Shown here one piece after another: positions 1 to 10,319 of a DNA stretch of 64,000 nucleotides. Numbering within the stretch: position 1 is the stretch's first letter; each line of letters begins with the position of its first letter. Below the pieces are notes generated by a model, which was not told the origin of the DNA, did no database searches, and worked only from the letters and a program-made list of their open reading frames with translations. Made by a program: the position numbers and the translations under genes. The DNA comes from Escherichia phage JacquesWildberger_Bas92, in the sequence record PQ850610.1. The stretch is one strand, 5' to 3'.

Positions 1-1542
1 ATGTCATTAGATAAACAAATTTATGAAGCTCTAACTGGTAACAACCTTAGTGTAGACGAAAAGAAAGCACTATTGAATATGTTGAAAGAGCGTGACCAAT
101 GGAGGAAGTATAATAAGATTTTGTCTTTCAAGGCGTATGACTTCCAAAAGAAATTTTATGCAGCAGGATTGAATCATCGCTTCAGATTCTTGTGTGCAGC
201 GAACCGTGTTGGTAAATCTTATAGCGAGGCATACGAGTTTGCTTGTCATGTCACAGGTCGCTACCCAACTTGGTGGACAGGGTATAAATTTAAAAGACCT
301 ATCTTAGCATGGGCAGTTGGTATTACAGGGGATTCAACAAGGAAGGTATTGCAAAAGGAGTTGTTTGGTACACCTATTGGAAAGGATACAAATTTATTAG
401 GGACAGGTGTCATTCCTCGTGATGCTATCGTCATTGATACGATAGAACGAGATGGTAACAAACTTCAAATCGTACAAATCAAACATCAAAATGAGAGAGG
501 AGAATTTGACGGTTTAAGTACATTAGAATTCCGTTCAACCCAACAGGGTGAACACACATTGATGGGTGCAACAGTTGACTACATTTGGTTAGACGAGGAA
601 GATCCATACGAGTCTATGGCTATATTCGCACAGTGCGTCACACGTACACTCACAACTAAAGGTCTAGTTACAATTACAGCTACACCAGAGAATGGTTTAA
701 CTGAACTGGTAGATAAATTTATGAAAGGTGAAGGAGATGAGAACACAGGTTCTCTATATTTCCAGAATGCTTCTTGGTGGGATGCTCATGTAGACCTAGG
801 TGGACACATCACTGACCAAGATATAAAAGATATGACTGAAGGTATTCCAGCGTGGCAGTTAGAGATGCGTTCAAAAGGTATGCCATTGTTAGGAAGTGGT
901 TTGATTTATGATATATCGGATGACACAATTAAATGTGAACCATTCGAAATTCCTGATACGTGGAAACGTGTCTGTGCAATTGATATTGGTATTGATCACC
1001 CAACTGCTGCTGTTTGGACAGCTTACGACGCAAACACGGATACTATCTATGTCTACGACTCATATAAAGAAGGTGGCTTTACTCCAGTGTATCATGCTCC
1101 AGCTATTAATGGTCGTGGTCAGTGGATTCCTGTCATCCTGCCGCATGATGCGGACAATATTGAGAAAGGTAGTGGTTCATCTGTTGCTCAATTCTATAAG
1201 AATGCAGGGGTTAATGTACAGAGTGAGACCTTCTACAACAAAATTGGAATGGATGGTAAAAAGAACTTCTTTGTAGAACCGGGAATCACAGATATCCGAG
1301 AAAGAATGATGAGTGGACGCTTTAAAATCTTTAACACAGCCGCTAACGCTAAGCTATTCGAAGAGAAAGCTAGATATCACCGTAAGGTTGGTAAGATTAT
1401 TAAAGAACACGATGACTTAATGGATGCAATGCGCTATTCAGCGTGTTCCGTTACACATCGTGGTCGCTCTAAGCATGATGCTAGCTACGGAAGCGCTTCT
1501 TTATATGAGGCAAACGTAAGCAGATGGAATCAGAGCTACTAA
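1..1542 (+). CDS. terL: terminase large subunit
   Basis: 513-aa ORF; N-terminal ATPase-like region with Walker-A-like AANRVGKS, C-terminal acidic nuclease-like motifs (WLDEEDP, IDIGIDHP); immediately upstream of portal. Confidence 0.8.
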   Translation: MSLDKQIYEALTGNNLSVDEKKALLNMLKERDQWRKYNKILSFKAYDFQKKFYAAGLNHRFRFLCAANRVGKSYSEAYEFACHVTGRYPTWWTGYKFKRPILAWAVGITGDSTRKVLQKELFGTPIGKDTNLLGTGVIPRDAIVIDTIERDGNKLQIVQIKHQNERGEFDGLSTLEFRSTQQGEHTLMGATVDYIWLDEEDPYESMAIFAQCVTRTLTTKGLVTITATPENGLTELVDKFMKGEGDENTGSLYFQNASWWDAHVDLGGHITDQDIKDMTEGIPAWQLEMRSKGMPLLGSGLIYDISDDTIKCEPFEIPDTWKRVCAIDIGIDHPTAAVWTAYDANTDTIYVYDSYKEGGFTPVYHAPAINGRGQWIPVILPHDADNIEKGSGSSVAQFYKNAGVNVQSETFYNKIGMDGKKNFFVEPGITDIRERMMSGRFKIFNTAANAKLFEEKARYHRKVGKIIKEHDDLMDAMRYSACSVTHRGRSKHDASYGSASLYEANVSRWNQSY

Positions 1543-1547
1543 AGTAA

Positions 1548-1576
1548 GGGGAGGTTTGTCCTCCCTTCTTTTATTT
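1548..1576 (+). terminator. intrinsic terminator-like hairpin after terL
   Basis: GGGAGG-tttgt-CCTCCC stem-loop followed by ttcttttattt. Confidence 0.45.
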
Positions 1577-1602
1577 AAGCTATCAACCGAGGGAGAGAAT
1601 AG

Positions 1603-3846
1603 ATGGCTAAGCAAAAATATAGTGAAGAGGTGTTGGACGAGTTACGTGTTGACCTTCAACGTCGTTTTAATTACGCTCAAGGTTACGTTGACATGGCTGT
1701 TAAGGGCTATGCTCGTGAAGCTTGGGAATATTTCTATGGTAACTTACCTGCACCAGTAACTGCTGGCAGCTCTAGTTGGGTAGATCGTACTGTTTGGGAG
1801 TCTGTTAACGGTACACTGCAAGATATTATTAACGTATTCTGTTCTGGTGATGAAGCAGTTATTTTCGTAGCTGATAACCAACAGGATTCTGATGCTGCTG
1901 ACGTAGCAACTAAATTAGTTAATCAAATTCTTCTGCGTGACAATCCGGGATACAACATTATCTCTTCTGCTGCACAAGAATGTCTGGTTACTCGTAACTC
2001 TTTTATCAAATATTATTGGGATGAGCACACTTCTACCCAAACTGAAGAAGCTGAAGGTGTACCACCGGAGGCATTGGCTGCATATGTTCAGGGATTAGAA
2101 GCTGGTGGACTCAAGAATCTGGAAATCTTCACTGAAGAAAATGAAGATGGTACAGTTGATGTTAAAGTTACTTATGAACAAACTGTTAAACGTGTGAAAG
2201 TTGAATATGTTCCTTCAGAGCAAATCTTTGTTGACGAACATGCTACATCTTTTGCAGATGCACAATACTTCTGTCATCGTGTACGTCGTTCTAAAGAAGA
2301 TCTGGTTGCTATGGGCTTCCCTAAAGACGAGATTGAAGCATTCAACGACTGGACAGATACGATGGATACTACTCAATCTACAGTTGCTTGGTCTCGTACT
2401 GACTGGCGTCAGGACATTGATGCTGACATTGGTACAGATACCGAAGATATCGCTTCTATGGTTTGGGTTTATGAGCACTACATCCGTACTGGTGTTCTAG
2501 ATAAGAATAAAGAGTCTAAACTCTATCAGGTTATTCAAGCTGGTGAGCATATTCTTCACACTGAAGAAGTAACTCATATTCCGTTTGTAACCTTCTGCCC
2601 ATATCCGATTCCGGGTTCCTTCTATGGTCAGTCAGTCTATGACATTACGAAAGATATTCAGGATTTACGTACCGCGTTAGTTCGTGGTTATATTGATAAT
2701 GTCAACAATGCTAACTATGGTCGATACAAAGCACTCGTTGGTGCATATGATCGTCGCTCTCTGCTTGATAACCGTCCCGGTGGAGTGGTTGAAATGGAAC
2801 GTCAGGACGCTATTGACCTGTTCCCATATCATAATCTACCTCAAGGTATTGATGGCCTCCTAGGTATGTCTGAGGAGCTTAAAGAGACACGTACTGGTGT
2901 AACTAAACTTGGCATGGGTATTAACCCTGATGTGTTTAAGAATGATAACGCTTATGCAACCGTAGGCTTGATGATGAATGCTGCACAGAACCGTCTCCGT
3001 ATGGTATGTCGTAATATTGCTCACAACGGCATGGTTGAATTGATGCGTGGTATTTACAACCTTGTCAGAGAAAACGGTGAAGTTCCTATTGAGGTACAAA
3101 CCCCTCGTGGTATGGTTCAGGTAAATCCGAAACAATTACCAGCTCGTCACAATCTTCAAGTTGTGGTAGCTATTTCTCCTAATGAGAAAGCAGAACGTGC
3201 ACAGAAATTAATTAGCTTGAAACAGCTGATTGCAGCAGATGCACAGTTAGCACCTCTCTTTGGTTTGGAGCAAGACCGTTACATGACTGCACAGATCTTT
3301 GAGTTGATGGGTATTAAGGACACTCATAAGTACTTACTGCCTCTGGAACAGTATCAGCCTCCTGAGCCGTCTCCGATGGAAATCCTCCAGCTCGAGATGA
3401 CTAAAGCACAGGTTGAGAATGTACAGGCTTCCTCTCAGAAAATGATTGCTGATGCATTCGACCAACGTGAACGTACTACATTTGAACAGCAGAGAGCTGC
3501 GGATGAGTTAAGTCTGCGTCAGGAAGAGTTGCAGTTCAAGCAAGAAAATGCAGCAGATGCTATGACTCTGGAAAACCGTAAAGAAGATAACAATGCAACT
3601 CTGGAACAAGCTAAGCACAAGTTAGCTCTTATGCAACAGCAGGTCCGTCAGTATGAGTCTGTACTGAAAGAATTGCAGATGGTTATGGAGCATCAGGTAG
3701 ACCAAGAGAAGATTGTTCAGCAATTTCGTGTTCAGGATAAAACTTTGGAACTCCAAAAGAAAGAAGCTAATGTAACTAAGAAAGAGCAACAAGCCTCTCT
3801 CAAAGATTCACGGATTCCAGGCAAACGTCTTGGAAGTAAAAAGTAA
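1603..3846 (+). CDS. portal protein (with C-terminal coiled-coil extension)
   Basis: 747-aa ORF directly after terL, size and position typical of portal; C-terminal third is Q/E/K-rich coiled coil. Confidence 0.6.
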   Translation: MAKQKYSEEVLDELRVDLQRRFNYAQGYVDMAVKGYAREAWEYFYGNLPAPVTAGSSSWVDRTVWESVNGTLQDIINVFCSGDEAVIFVADNQQDSDAADVATKLVNQILLRDNPGYNIISSAAQECLVTRNSFIKYYWDEHTSTQTEEAEGVPPEALAAYVQGLEAGGLKNLEIFTEENEDGTVDVKVTYEQTVKRVKVEYVPSEQIFVDEHATSFADAQYFCHRVRRSKEDLVAMGFPKDEIEAFNDWTDTMDTTQSTVAWSRTDWRQDIDADIGTDTEDIASMVWVYEHYIRTGVLDKNKESKLYQVIQAGEHILHTEEVTHIPFVTFCPYPIPGSFYGQSVYDITKDIQDLRTALVRGYIDNVNNANYGRYKALVGAYDRRSLLDNRPGGVVEMERQDAIDLFPYHNLPQGIDGLLGMSEELKETRTGVTKLGMGINPDVFKNDNAYATVGLMMNAAQNRLRMVCRNIAHNGMVELMRGIYNLVRENGEVPIEVQTPRGMVQVNPKQLPARHNLQVVVAISPNEKAERAQKLISLKQLIAADAQLAPLFGLEQDRYMTAQIFELMGIKDTHKYLLPLEQYQPPEPSPMEILQLEMTKAQVENVQASSQKMIADAFDQRERTTFEQQRAADELSLRQEELQFKQENAADAMTLENRKEDNNATLEQAKHKLALMQQQVRQYESVLKELQMVMEHQVDQEKIVQQFRVQDKTLELQKKEANVTKKEQQASLKDSRIPGKRLGSKK

Positions 3847-3855
3847 GGACGTCGA

Positions 3856-4092
3856 ATGAACATTAGGCATCAATTCAATAAAGAGCACGCCGCCGCTTTG
3901 GCGGCTCTCAACCTTAACGGCAGTCTTGACGCAGCATTAGAGGCATTGAAAGAGAGACTCATGACAGAAATAGTTCAAACTGAACCTCATGAGAATAAGA
4001 AACGCGAAGATTGTTATCAAAAGTATAAAATGGTGGGTAGCTTAAAAGAGGTCATAAAAGCTGCTATCAATAGTGCAGGAGATGTTTCATAA
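3856..4092 (+). CDS. small hypothetical protein (78 aa)
   Basis: ORF with SD aaggacg upstream; stop overlaps next start (TAATG). Confidence 0.4.
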   Translation: MNIRHQFNKEHAAALAALNLNGSLDAALEALKERLMTEIVQTEPHENKKREDCYQKYKMVGSLKEVIKAAINSAGDVS

Positions 4093-5177
4093 TGCCACAA
4101 GATAATTATATTGACCCGAACGATTTTAAATCTTTCCTCCAACTGGATGACCTGAAGGGTTCTTTCAAAGAAGAACTTGGTCGATTAGAATCTGAACAAG
4201 AACCAGAAGTGGACATTGACGATGAGTTCCCGGAAAAAGACGGTGACGATTTCGACTTTGATACCGACCTTCTCGGTGAAAGCGATGAGCTTAAGTTCGA
4301 AGATGAAGATGGTTGGGAAGATCGTGACGAGGAAGGCGAAGTCGAACAAGATGAGGAAGAATCTGACGAATCAGACGAAAGTTCTGAAGCAGATGAGGAA
4401 GACTCAAGCGATGCAGGATATGGAGATGATTCTGCTGACGGTGAAGGTGAAGTCTTTGATGTAGACTATGAAACCGTTATCACCCTTCCTGATGGACGTG
4501 AGATGACTATTGAAGAACTCTCCAATGGCTATCTTACTGGTGCTGATATGGCTGAACGTGAGACTACTCTTCAGCGTCACATGGAAGCATTTGAGGAACG
4601 TGTAGTAGGTTTGAAGGATGTATTAGAATTAGCGTCTTTAGAAGCAGACCGAGTAATTGAAGATTACAACGGTTTTGATTGGGACAAGCTTGCAGTAGAA
4701 GATCCTCAAGCATATGTTGAAAACAAACGTTTCCTAGAGAAGTATACAGCTCGTCGTAACCAGCTTGAACAGGCTCAGATCCGTATTAAGCAGGAAGCAG
4801 CAGCTAAAGAGCAGGAAGCTTTCCAAGCCAAGAGCATTGAATGTGTTAATATTCTGAAACGTGAGATTCCAAATTGGGATGAAAACTTATATCAAAACTT
4901 AATGCAATACGCAATTGACTTAGGTGCTACTGAAGAAGAAGTATTGAAGGAAAACCGTCCGTCTATTTTCCTAGCCCTTCACAAAGCATACCAATTTGAT
5001 AAAGGTAAGCAGCAGGTGATGGCTAAGATTAAACGTCCCGGTGCTCCACGCAAGGTTGTGAAGTCTGATGCTGCAAAGTCTCGCACTTCCAATAAGCCAG
5101 ACAACGCTAAGGTTGCCAAGGCATTCGCAGAGGGTCGCGTTAGTCACGAAGACGCATTCAAATTCCTCGTAGATTAA
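4092..5177 (+). CDS. scaffolding-like protein (highly acidic N-terminal half)
   Basis: 361 aa; poly-acidic stretch DEEGEVEQDEEESDESDESSEADEEDSSD; located between portal and major capsid gene. Confidence 0.45.
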   Translation: MPQDNYIDPNDFKSFLQLDDLKGSFKEELGRLESEQEPEVDIDDEFPEKDGDDFDFDTDLLGESDELKFEDEDGWEDRDEEGEVEQDEEESDESDESSEADEEDSSDAGYGDDSADGEGEVFDVDYETVITLPDGREMTIEELSNGYLTGADMAERETTLQRHMEAFEERVVGLKDVLELASLEADRVIEDYNGFDWDKLAVEDPQAYVENKRFLEKYTARRNQLEQAQIRIKQEAAAKEQEAFQAKSIECVNILKREIPNWDENLYQNLMQYAIDLGATEEEVLKENRPSIFLALHKAYQFDKGKQQVMAKIKRPGAPRKVVKSDAAKSRTSNKPDNAKVAKAFAEGRVSHEDAFKFLVD

Positions 5178-5218
5178 TCGACAAATTAATTATTTAATAG
5201 TATAGGAGCTAACATAAC

Positions 5219-6280
5219 ATGGCTAATCCAACTTTATTTGTATCGTATGACCAGAATGGTAAAAAACTTTCTTTTGCTAACTGGATTTCTGTTCTGTCCC
5301 CTCAGGATACTCCGTTCGTATCTATGACCGGTAAAGAGTCTATCAACCAGACTATCTTTAGCTGGCAGACCGATGCATTGGCAAGCGTTGACGCTAATAA
5401 CGCACACGTTGAAGGTTCTCGTGCGGTTGATGGTGAAATGCAACCTACCGTAATCAAATCCAACGTTACTCAGATTCTGCGTAAGGTTGTTAAAGTTTCT
5501 GATACCGCTAACACCACCGCTAACTACGGTCGTGGTCGTGAACTGATGTATCAGCTGGAGAAGAAAGGTAAAGAGATCAAGCGTGACCTCGAGAAAATCC
5601 TTCTGTCCGGTCAGGCTCGTACCGATGTTCTGGCTGACCAATACCTGACTAACTCCGCAACTGATCCTTCAGCTGTTGGTCTGAACGACACCCACGCAGC
5701 TCGTAAGACTGGTGCTTTCCAGTTCCTGTGTGCACACAACGGTGTTTCTGCTGGTGTTGTTAAGAAAGAAAATGGCCCTGCTGATCCGGATACTGGTGCA
5801 GTAACTGTTAAAGTTGCACAGAATGCTTCTAACCCGACCACTAACGTTGGTTTTGATGAAGCTGATATCTTTGATATGACTCTGCAACTGTACACTGCTG
5901 GTTCTGAAGCAGATATCATCATGATCAACCCTGCTCATGCTAAGATCTTCGCTGGTCTGCAAGAAAACACTCAGGGTTCACGTAAGCGTATCTTTGAGAA
6001 CACCAAGCAGTTCATCTACGAAGTTAACAGCATCACTGACCCGCTGGGCCAGAACTACAAAATCATCGTTAACCGTTGGATGCCTACCGATGCAGTTTAC
6101 TTCTTCCGTAGCGCTGACTGGACTCAGATGGTCCTGCGTGCTCCGAAACGTACTGAACTGGCAAAAGATGGTTCTTATGAGAAGTGGATGATTGAAATGG
6201 AAGTTGGTCTGCGTCACCGCAACCCTTATGCTTCCGGAGTTCTGTTCACTGCTGCGGGAAAGTTGGATCCGCAACAGTAG
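5219..6280 (+). CDS. major capsid protein
   Basis: 353-aa ORF with strong SD (taggag) in canonical position after scaffold; followed by Ig-like extension and strong terminator. Confidence 0.7.
   Translation: MANPTLFVSYDQNGKKLSFANWISVLSPQDTPFVSMTGKESINQTIFSWQTDALASVDANNAHVEGSRAVDGEMQPTVIKSNVTQILRKVVKVSDTANTTANYGRGRELMYQLEKKGKEIKRDLEKILLSGQARTDVLADQYLTNSATDPSAVGLNDTHAARKTGAFQFLCAHNGVSAGVVKKENGPADPDTGAVTVKVAQNASNPTTNVGFDEADIFDMTLQLYTAGSEADIIMINPAHAKIFAGLQENTQGSRKRIFENTKQFIYEVNSITDPLGQNYKIIVNRWMPTDAVYFFRSADWTQMVLRAPKRTELAKDGSYEKWMIEMEVGLRHRNPYASGVLFTAAGKLDPQQ
6256..6262 (+). other. candidate -1 ribosomal frameshift slippery heptamer G_GGA_AAG near capsid 3' end
   Basis: GGGAAAG in X_XXY_YYZ register of capsid frame; -1 frame is open from 6196 and continues into Ig-like ORF. 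Confidence 0.45.
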
Positions 6281-6285
6281 ACAGT

Positions 6286-6798
6286 GTGACTGTTAGCCCT
6301 GCGTCTGTAGAAAGTCTAGAGACAGGGGCTACTCAGCAGTTTACTGCAAGCGCTGAGAAGAGTGACGGCTCTACCGAAACAACTGGCTTTACTTGGTCAG
6401 TAACAGGAGGCGGCTCTATCACTCAGTCTGGTTTGTATACTGCTCCGAGTGCGGCTCAATCCACTGATGTATCCATTACTGCGACTTTAGAGGGTGTTTC
6501 TGGTACAGCAACCATTTCTGAAATTGTTGATCCTGCCCCTACTATTGTAGCTAAGGGTCCAATTACAGGTAAAACTGGTGGTTCTTCCACTAACTTCACT
6601 ACCATGTTTACTGTAACTAATTCTACTGCTGCGGATTACACGTTTGTTGTAACCCCTGAAGAAGCTGGTACAGTAAGCGCTGCTGGTGCGTTAACCTTAG
6701 ATGATGCTGCAAGTGGCGAAGTTACTGTTCAAGCAAGTTTGACAGCTGACCCGTCCATCAATGCAACATGCACTTTTACTGGTGTAACACCTGCTTAA
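6286..6798 (+). CDS. bacterial Ig-like (Big_2-type) domain protein; probably a C-terminal capsid extension made by frameshift
   Basis: Big_2-like sequence begins upstream of the GTG (VDSVTVSPASVESLETGATQQFTA...); ORF is -1 relative to capsid; no SD before GTG at 6286. Confidence 0.55.
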   Translation: MTVSPASVESLETGATQQFTASAEKSDGSTETTGFTWSVTGGGSITQSGLYTAPSAAQSTDVSITATLEGVSGTATISEIVDPAPTIVAKGPITGKTGGSSTNFTTMFTVTNSTAADYTFVVTPEEAGTVSAAGALTLDDAASGEVTVQASLTADPSINATCTFTGVTPA

Positions 6799-6804
6799 AA
6801 TTAG

Positions 6805-6830
6805 ACCCTGCCTTCGGGCGGGGTTTTTTC
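6805..6830 (+). terminator. rho-independent terminator
   Basis: acCCTGCC-ttcg-GGCGGGgt stem followed by tttttt. Confidence 0.7.
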
Positions 6831-6857
6831 GTTTTAAGACCTATACAAGCCAGCGTG

Positions 6858-6866
6858 TAATGTATA
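6858..6866 (+). promoter_or_regulatory. TAATGTATA promoter-like element upstream of tail-gene block
   Basis: exact 9-mer; one of five exact copies in window; 34 nt upstream of ATG 6900, SD aaggagg between. Confidence 0.5.
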
Positions 6867-6899
6867 TTCTTTGTCTACATATAACAAGGAGGACAACCT

Positions 6900-7652
6900 A
6901 TGGCAATGCCAGATGTTCAATACCCCATCAATACCTATGGGTGGCTAAAGAAGGCCGTGGCCCTCTGGGCAGATAGGGACGATGACGAATTTGTTAATCA
7001 AATTCCAAACTTTATTAACTTTGCAGAGAAAGAGATTTATCGTAACTTACGTATCCCTCCTCTGGAAAAAGAAGTGTATTTAGATATTAAAGATGGAGTA
7101 GCTTACATTCCTCCTGATTACCTAGAAGCTCAATGGATGATGAGAGCCAAAGATGGTACAATCTTCCAAGTAACCTCTCCTGAAGAGATTAGCTATCGTA
7201 GACAGCATGGAACAATTAATCCATCTCATTGGAATAACCAACCTGTTAACTTTGCTCGTTTCGGTAGTCGTTTCATTTTCTACCCTAGCATCGAAGCAGA
7301 TACTCCGTACTACCCTGATGATGGAAGCCCTTTGATTCCAGCAGAAAACTCAGTAATTCTTAGCTATTATGCAGACCCACCGGAATTCCACGAAGATGAA
7401 GATACTAGTGCAATCCTCACTATCGCACCAGAACTTCTTCTGTATTTCACTCTGCGTCATGCTTGCTTATTTGTTCAAGATGATAACGGAGTTCAGAAAT
7501 GGTCAGCATTAGGAAAAGCTATCCTTGATGAAATGGTAGAACAGAATAAGAAACAAGAGTACTCAGGTTCACCTATCGCAATTCCGAATAACATGACTCG
7601 ACTTCAGAGCAGCTTGCCTGATATTTATGGTATTCGTACTTCTCGTGTATAA
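6900..7652 (+). CDS. virion structural protein (possible head-tail adaptor)
   Basis: 250-aa ORF, strong SD, first gene after capsid terminator. Confidence 0.35.
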   Translation: MAMPDVQYPINTYGWLKKAVALWADRDDDEFVNQIPNFINFAEKEIYRNLRIPPLEKEVYLDIKDGVAYIPPDYLEAQWMMRAKDGTIFQVTSPEEISYRRQHGTINPSHWNNQPVNFARFGSRFIFYPSIEADTPYYPDDGSPLIPAENSVILSYYADPPEFHEDEDTSAILTIAPELLLYFTLRHACLFVQDDNGVQKWSALGKAILDEMVEQNKKQEYSGSPIAIPNNMTRLQSSLPDIYGIRTSRV

Positions 7653-7661
7653 GGAGATAAT

Positions 7662-10310
7662 ATGATCGTTTATAATAACCAAGCACCTGATGCAGTGAAT
7701 AACGTTGGGCAGTTTGGTGCTACTGAAGGTTCTATCGGAGCTTACAAGCAAGCAGCAGAATATGCAGCTGATTCTAAGTATTGGTCACTGTTGGCAGAGG
7801 CTAAGTTTGGTACAGTTGATGACTTGATTGCTCAGGTTGAGATTCTATACAAACAAGGTGTTCTATTAAAAGAAGATATTGAAGACTTAAAACAAGACTT
7901 CATTGCACAAGACTCTCGTTTGATGAACCTCATTGCTCAAACTAACGCAGCTGTAGCTGATGCAAATAATGCAGTTGCTCTGATTAATCAGAAACTTGTA
8001 GAAGTTCAGAATCAACTCGACGTTCTGTTGGGAATGTCTGTTGACGTAACTACACTTCCTCCGGGAACTCCGGCTACTGGCTCTTTTAATCCGAACACTG
8101 GTGTAATCTCTCTGGGTATCCCAGAAGGTGATCCCGGAAAGGATGGTTCTGTTACTGACCTATCTGCTGCTCCTACCGGTACACCGGAGCTGGGGGACAT
8201 CGGTTTCTATGTTGACAAAGATGATAACATTGTTCACAAAACAACTCTCGAAGATATTGCAAACCTGATCCCATCTGTTCGTTCTGTTTCAGTTAACGAT
8301 GGCCCTGCGCTTGATGGTGAAGTTGCTCTTACACTCAACAAAGAGACGGTAGGTCTTGGGAACGTTTTGAACGTGGCTCAGTACAGCCGCCAAGAGATTA
8401 ATGATAAGTTTGACAAAACAACTAAAACCTACCAATCGAAAGCCGAAGCTGATGCGGATGCTCAATACCGACAGGTAGGAGAAAAGGTTTTGGTGTGGGA
8501 CTCAACGAAGTATGAATTCTATACTGTTGCAGCGAATAAAACCCTTACTCCGGTTAAAACAGAAGGTCGTATCCTAACTGTTAACTCCCGTGCTCCTGAT
8601 TCAACTGGTAACATCGATATCGTAATCCCAACAGGAAACCCATCTTTGTATTTAGGGGAGATGGTAATGTTCCCTTATGACCCAGCTAAAGCTGTCTCCT
8701 ATCCGGGCATTCTTCCTGCGGACGGTCGTTTGGTGTCAAAAGAATCTGCTTTGGATTTAGGCCCATCCCTTATCAGTGGACAACTCCCTGTTGTTTCTGA
8801 AACAGAGTGGCAAGCTGGTGCTAAGCAGTATTTCTCTTGGGGTAAATTAGCCGATGGCATCACTGATGCAGATTCTACTAACTATATCAATATCCGTCTT
8901 CCTGATTGGACAGGCGGTGAGGCTATTCGATCCCCTGATTCTGTAAAAGACAGTGCATATAAAGGTAATGTTCAAAGTCAGGTCCCTTATGTAGTCACTG
9001 TAAATAACCAAGCTCCTGATGAGATTACAGGTAACGTCAATATCTCCAGATCTATCTTAGGTGCTGCTGCTGCTGGTGCAAACTCTGATATAACATCTAT
9101 GACTGGACTTACGACAGCGCTGTCTGTTAATCAGGGTGGAACAGGGGCGAAGAATGCCAGTGACGCCAGATCTAACTTAGGACTTGGTTCTGTTTCTACA
9201 TTAAACAATATTCCAGTAGAAAATGGTGGTACAGGTGCTAGTACTGCTGATGGTGCTAAGTCTAATTTAGGCGTAGACAGAATAGAACAAAGCTCTTGGG
9301 AGACTAAGATCTTTTCTCCGAATAGAGAAACCTACATGTTTGTCGATAATAACGGATGGGGGTGTTACCGTACCACATCTGGATTGGCTGGTGATGTAGC
9401 TTTGTCAGTTGAAAGAGGGGGCACCGGAGCAACAAATGCTGTAGAGGCTAGATCTAACTTGGGTTTAGGTTCTGTTGCCACTCTTAGTAATGTACCAATC
9501 GCTAGTGGTGGTACAGGTGCTAGTGATGCTGCCGGTGCAAGGTTTAATTTGGGGTTGGGAAATGTTTCTACTCTGGACAACGTACCAGTCGCTAGTGGTG
9601 GTACAGGTGCTAGTGATGCTGCCGGTGCCCGAAGCAACCTCGGAGCGCTGAGTAACACTCCAGCAAACACAGGTGCAGGTAATACTGGTGCGCGAGTCCA
9701 ACATGCCACCGGAAGAGGTCTGTTTACTTTAGACATGTTTAACTGCTACTGGTATATGCAGCCAGAGGATACTAACTTCTGGGTTGCCCACGGTGTGTCA
9801 TATGCAGGGCCTAATGGCGAAGCCTCAGAGTATGGTCGTATATCTTACGCAATAAAGATTGCAGATGGAACAACAAAATATGTCCATTGTCTTACAAACA
9901 AAAACACCATCATTGATACAGGCGGATTTATCAAAGCGGCATCTCCGGTAGTTAACATTTATGCCAACGGTCGGTATGAAACGAACGATGAGTCTGAGGG
10001 GGTTAGTGTCATCCGGCAGGGTATTGGTGAATATCTGATTACCGGTTGCCTCGGTCTTAACTCTGATGCAAGATGGGGTGGAGTGGATGGGGGGTTTGAA
10101 ATCCCAACAGATCGCAACAAGCAACCTAGGATTTGGCTGGACTATGAGGTTAAAGAAGATGGTTCTATTTTAGTTAAAACCTATCACAGAACTCACCCAA
10201 CCTCTCCAGTTTTTGCTAGAAACGAGATAGAAGGTTTTTCTGATGGGGACCCTATTGATATTCCAAGTGATGCTTTTATCTCAGTTCGTGTAGAGATGCC
10301 AGCTGAGTAA
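7662..10310 (+). CDS. tail fibre protein with internal 30-aa tandem repeats
   Basis: 882 aa; repeated SNLGLGSVxTLxNxPxxxGGTGASxAxGAx units; Gly-rich fibre-like composition. Confidence 0.6.
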   Translation: MIVYNNQAPDAVNNVGQFGATEGSIGAYKQAAEYAADSKYWSLLAEAKFGTVDDLIAQVEILYKQGVLLKEDIEDLKQDFIAQDSRLMNLIAQTNAAVADANNAVALINQKLVEVQNQLDVLLGMSVDVTTLPPGTPATGSFNPNTGVISLGIPEGDPGKDGSVTDLSAAPTGTPELGDIGFYVDKDDNIVHKTTLEDIANLIPSVRSVSVNDGPALDGEVALTLNKETVGLGNVLNVAQYSRQEINDKFDKTTKTYQSKAEADADAQYRQVGEKVLVWDSTKYEFYTVAANKTLTPVKTEGRILTVNSRAPDSTGNIDIVIPTGNPSLYLGEMVMFPYDPAKAVSYPGILPADGRLVSKESALDLGPSLISGQLPVVSETEWQAGAKQYFSWGKLADGITDADSTNYINIRLPDWTGGEAIRSPDSVKDSAYKGNVQSQVPYVVTVNNQAPDEITGNVNISRSILGAAAAGANSDITSMTGLTTALSVNQGGTGAKNASDARSNLGLGSVSTLNNIPVENGGTGASTADGAKSNLGVDRIEQSSWETKIFSPNRETYMFVDNNGWGCYRTTSGLAGDVALSVERGGTGATNAVEARSNLGLGSVATLSNVPIASGGTGASDAAGARFNLGLGNVSTLDNVPVASGGTGASDAAGARSNLGALSNTPANTGAGNTGARVQHATGRGLFTLDMFNCYWYMQPEDTNFWVAHGVSYAGPNGEASEYGRISYAIKIADGTTKYVHCLTNKNTIIDTGGFIKAASPVVNIYANGRYETNDESEGVSVIRQGIGEYLITGCLGLNSDARWGGVDGGFEIPTDRNKQPRIWLDYEVKEDGSILVKTYHRTHPTSPVFARNEIEGFSDGDPIDIPSDAFISVRVEMPAE
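9115..9660 (+). repeat. intragenic tandem repeats (~90-nt period) inside tail fibre gene
   Basis: 39-nt perfect repeat cgctagtggtggtacaggtgctagtgatgctgccggtgc at 9501 and 9591; additional diverged copies upstream. Confidence 0.6.
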
Positions 10311-10319
10311 ATAAAACAT

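Noticed and set aside
908-5962. Multiple + and - strand ORFs nested inside terL, portal, scaffold and capsid genes (e.g. 908-1276, 2201-2500, 2215-2478, 4216-4464, 5234-5641, 5669-5962)
   Set aside because: All lie within longer ORFs that have recognisable function and coupling; typical six-frame shadows.
9115-9660. Possible CRISPR-like array because of regularly spaced repeats
   Set aside because: Repeats are in-frame coding repeats of a tail fibre (90-nt period, no spacer/repeat architecture, no cas genes).
9365-9736. Antisense ORFs (123 aa and 79 aa) within the tail fibre repeat region
   Set aside because: Generated by the repetitive Gly/Ala-rich coding sequence on the opposite strand; low-complexity translation, no expression signals.
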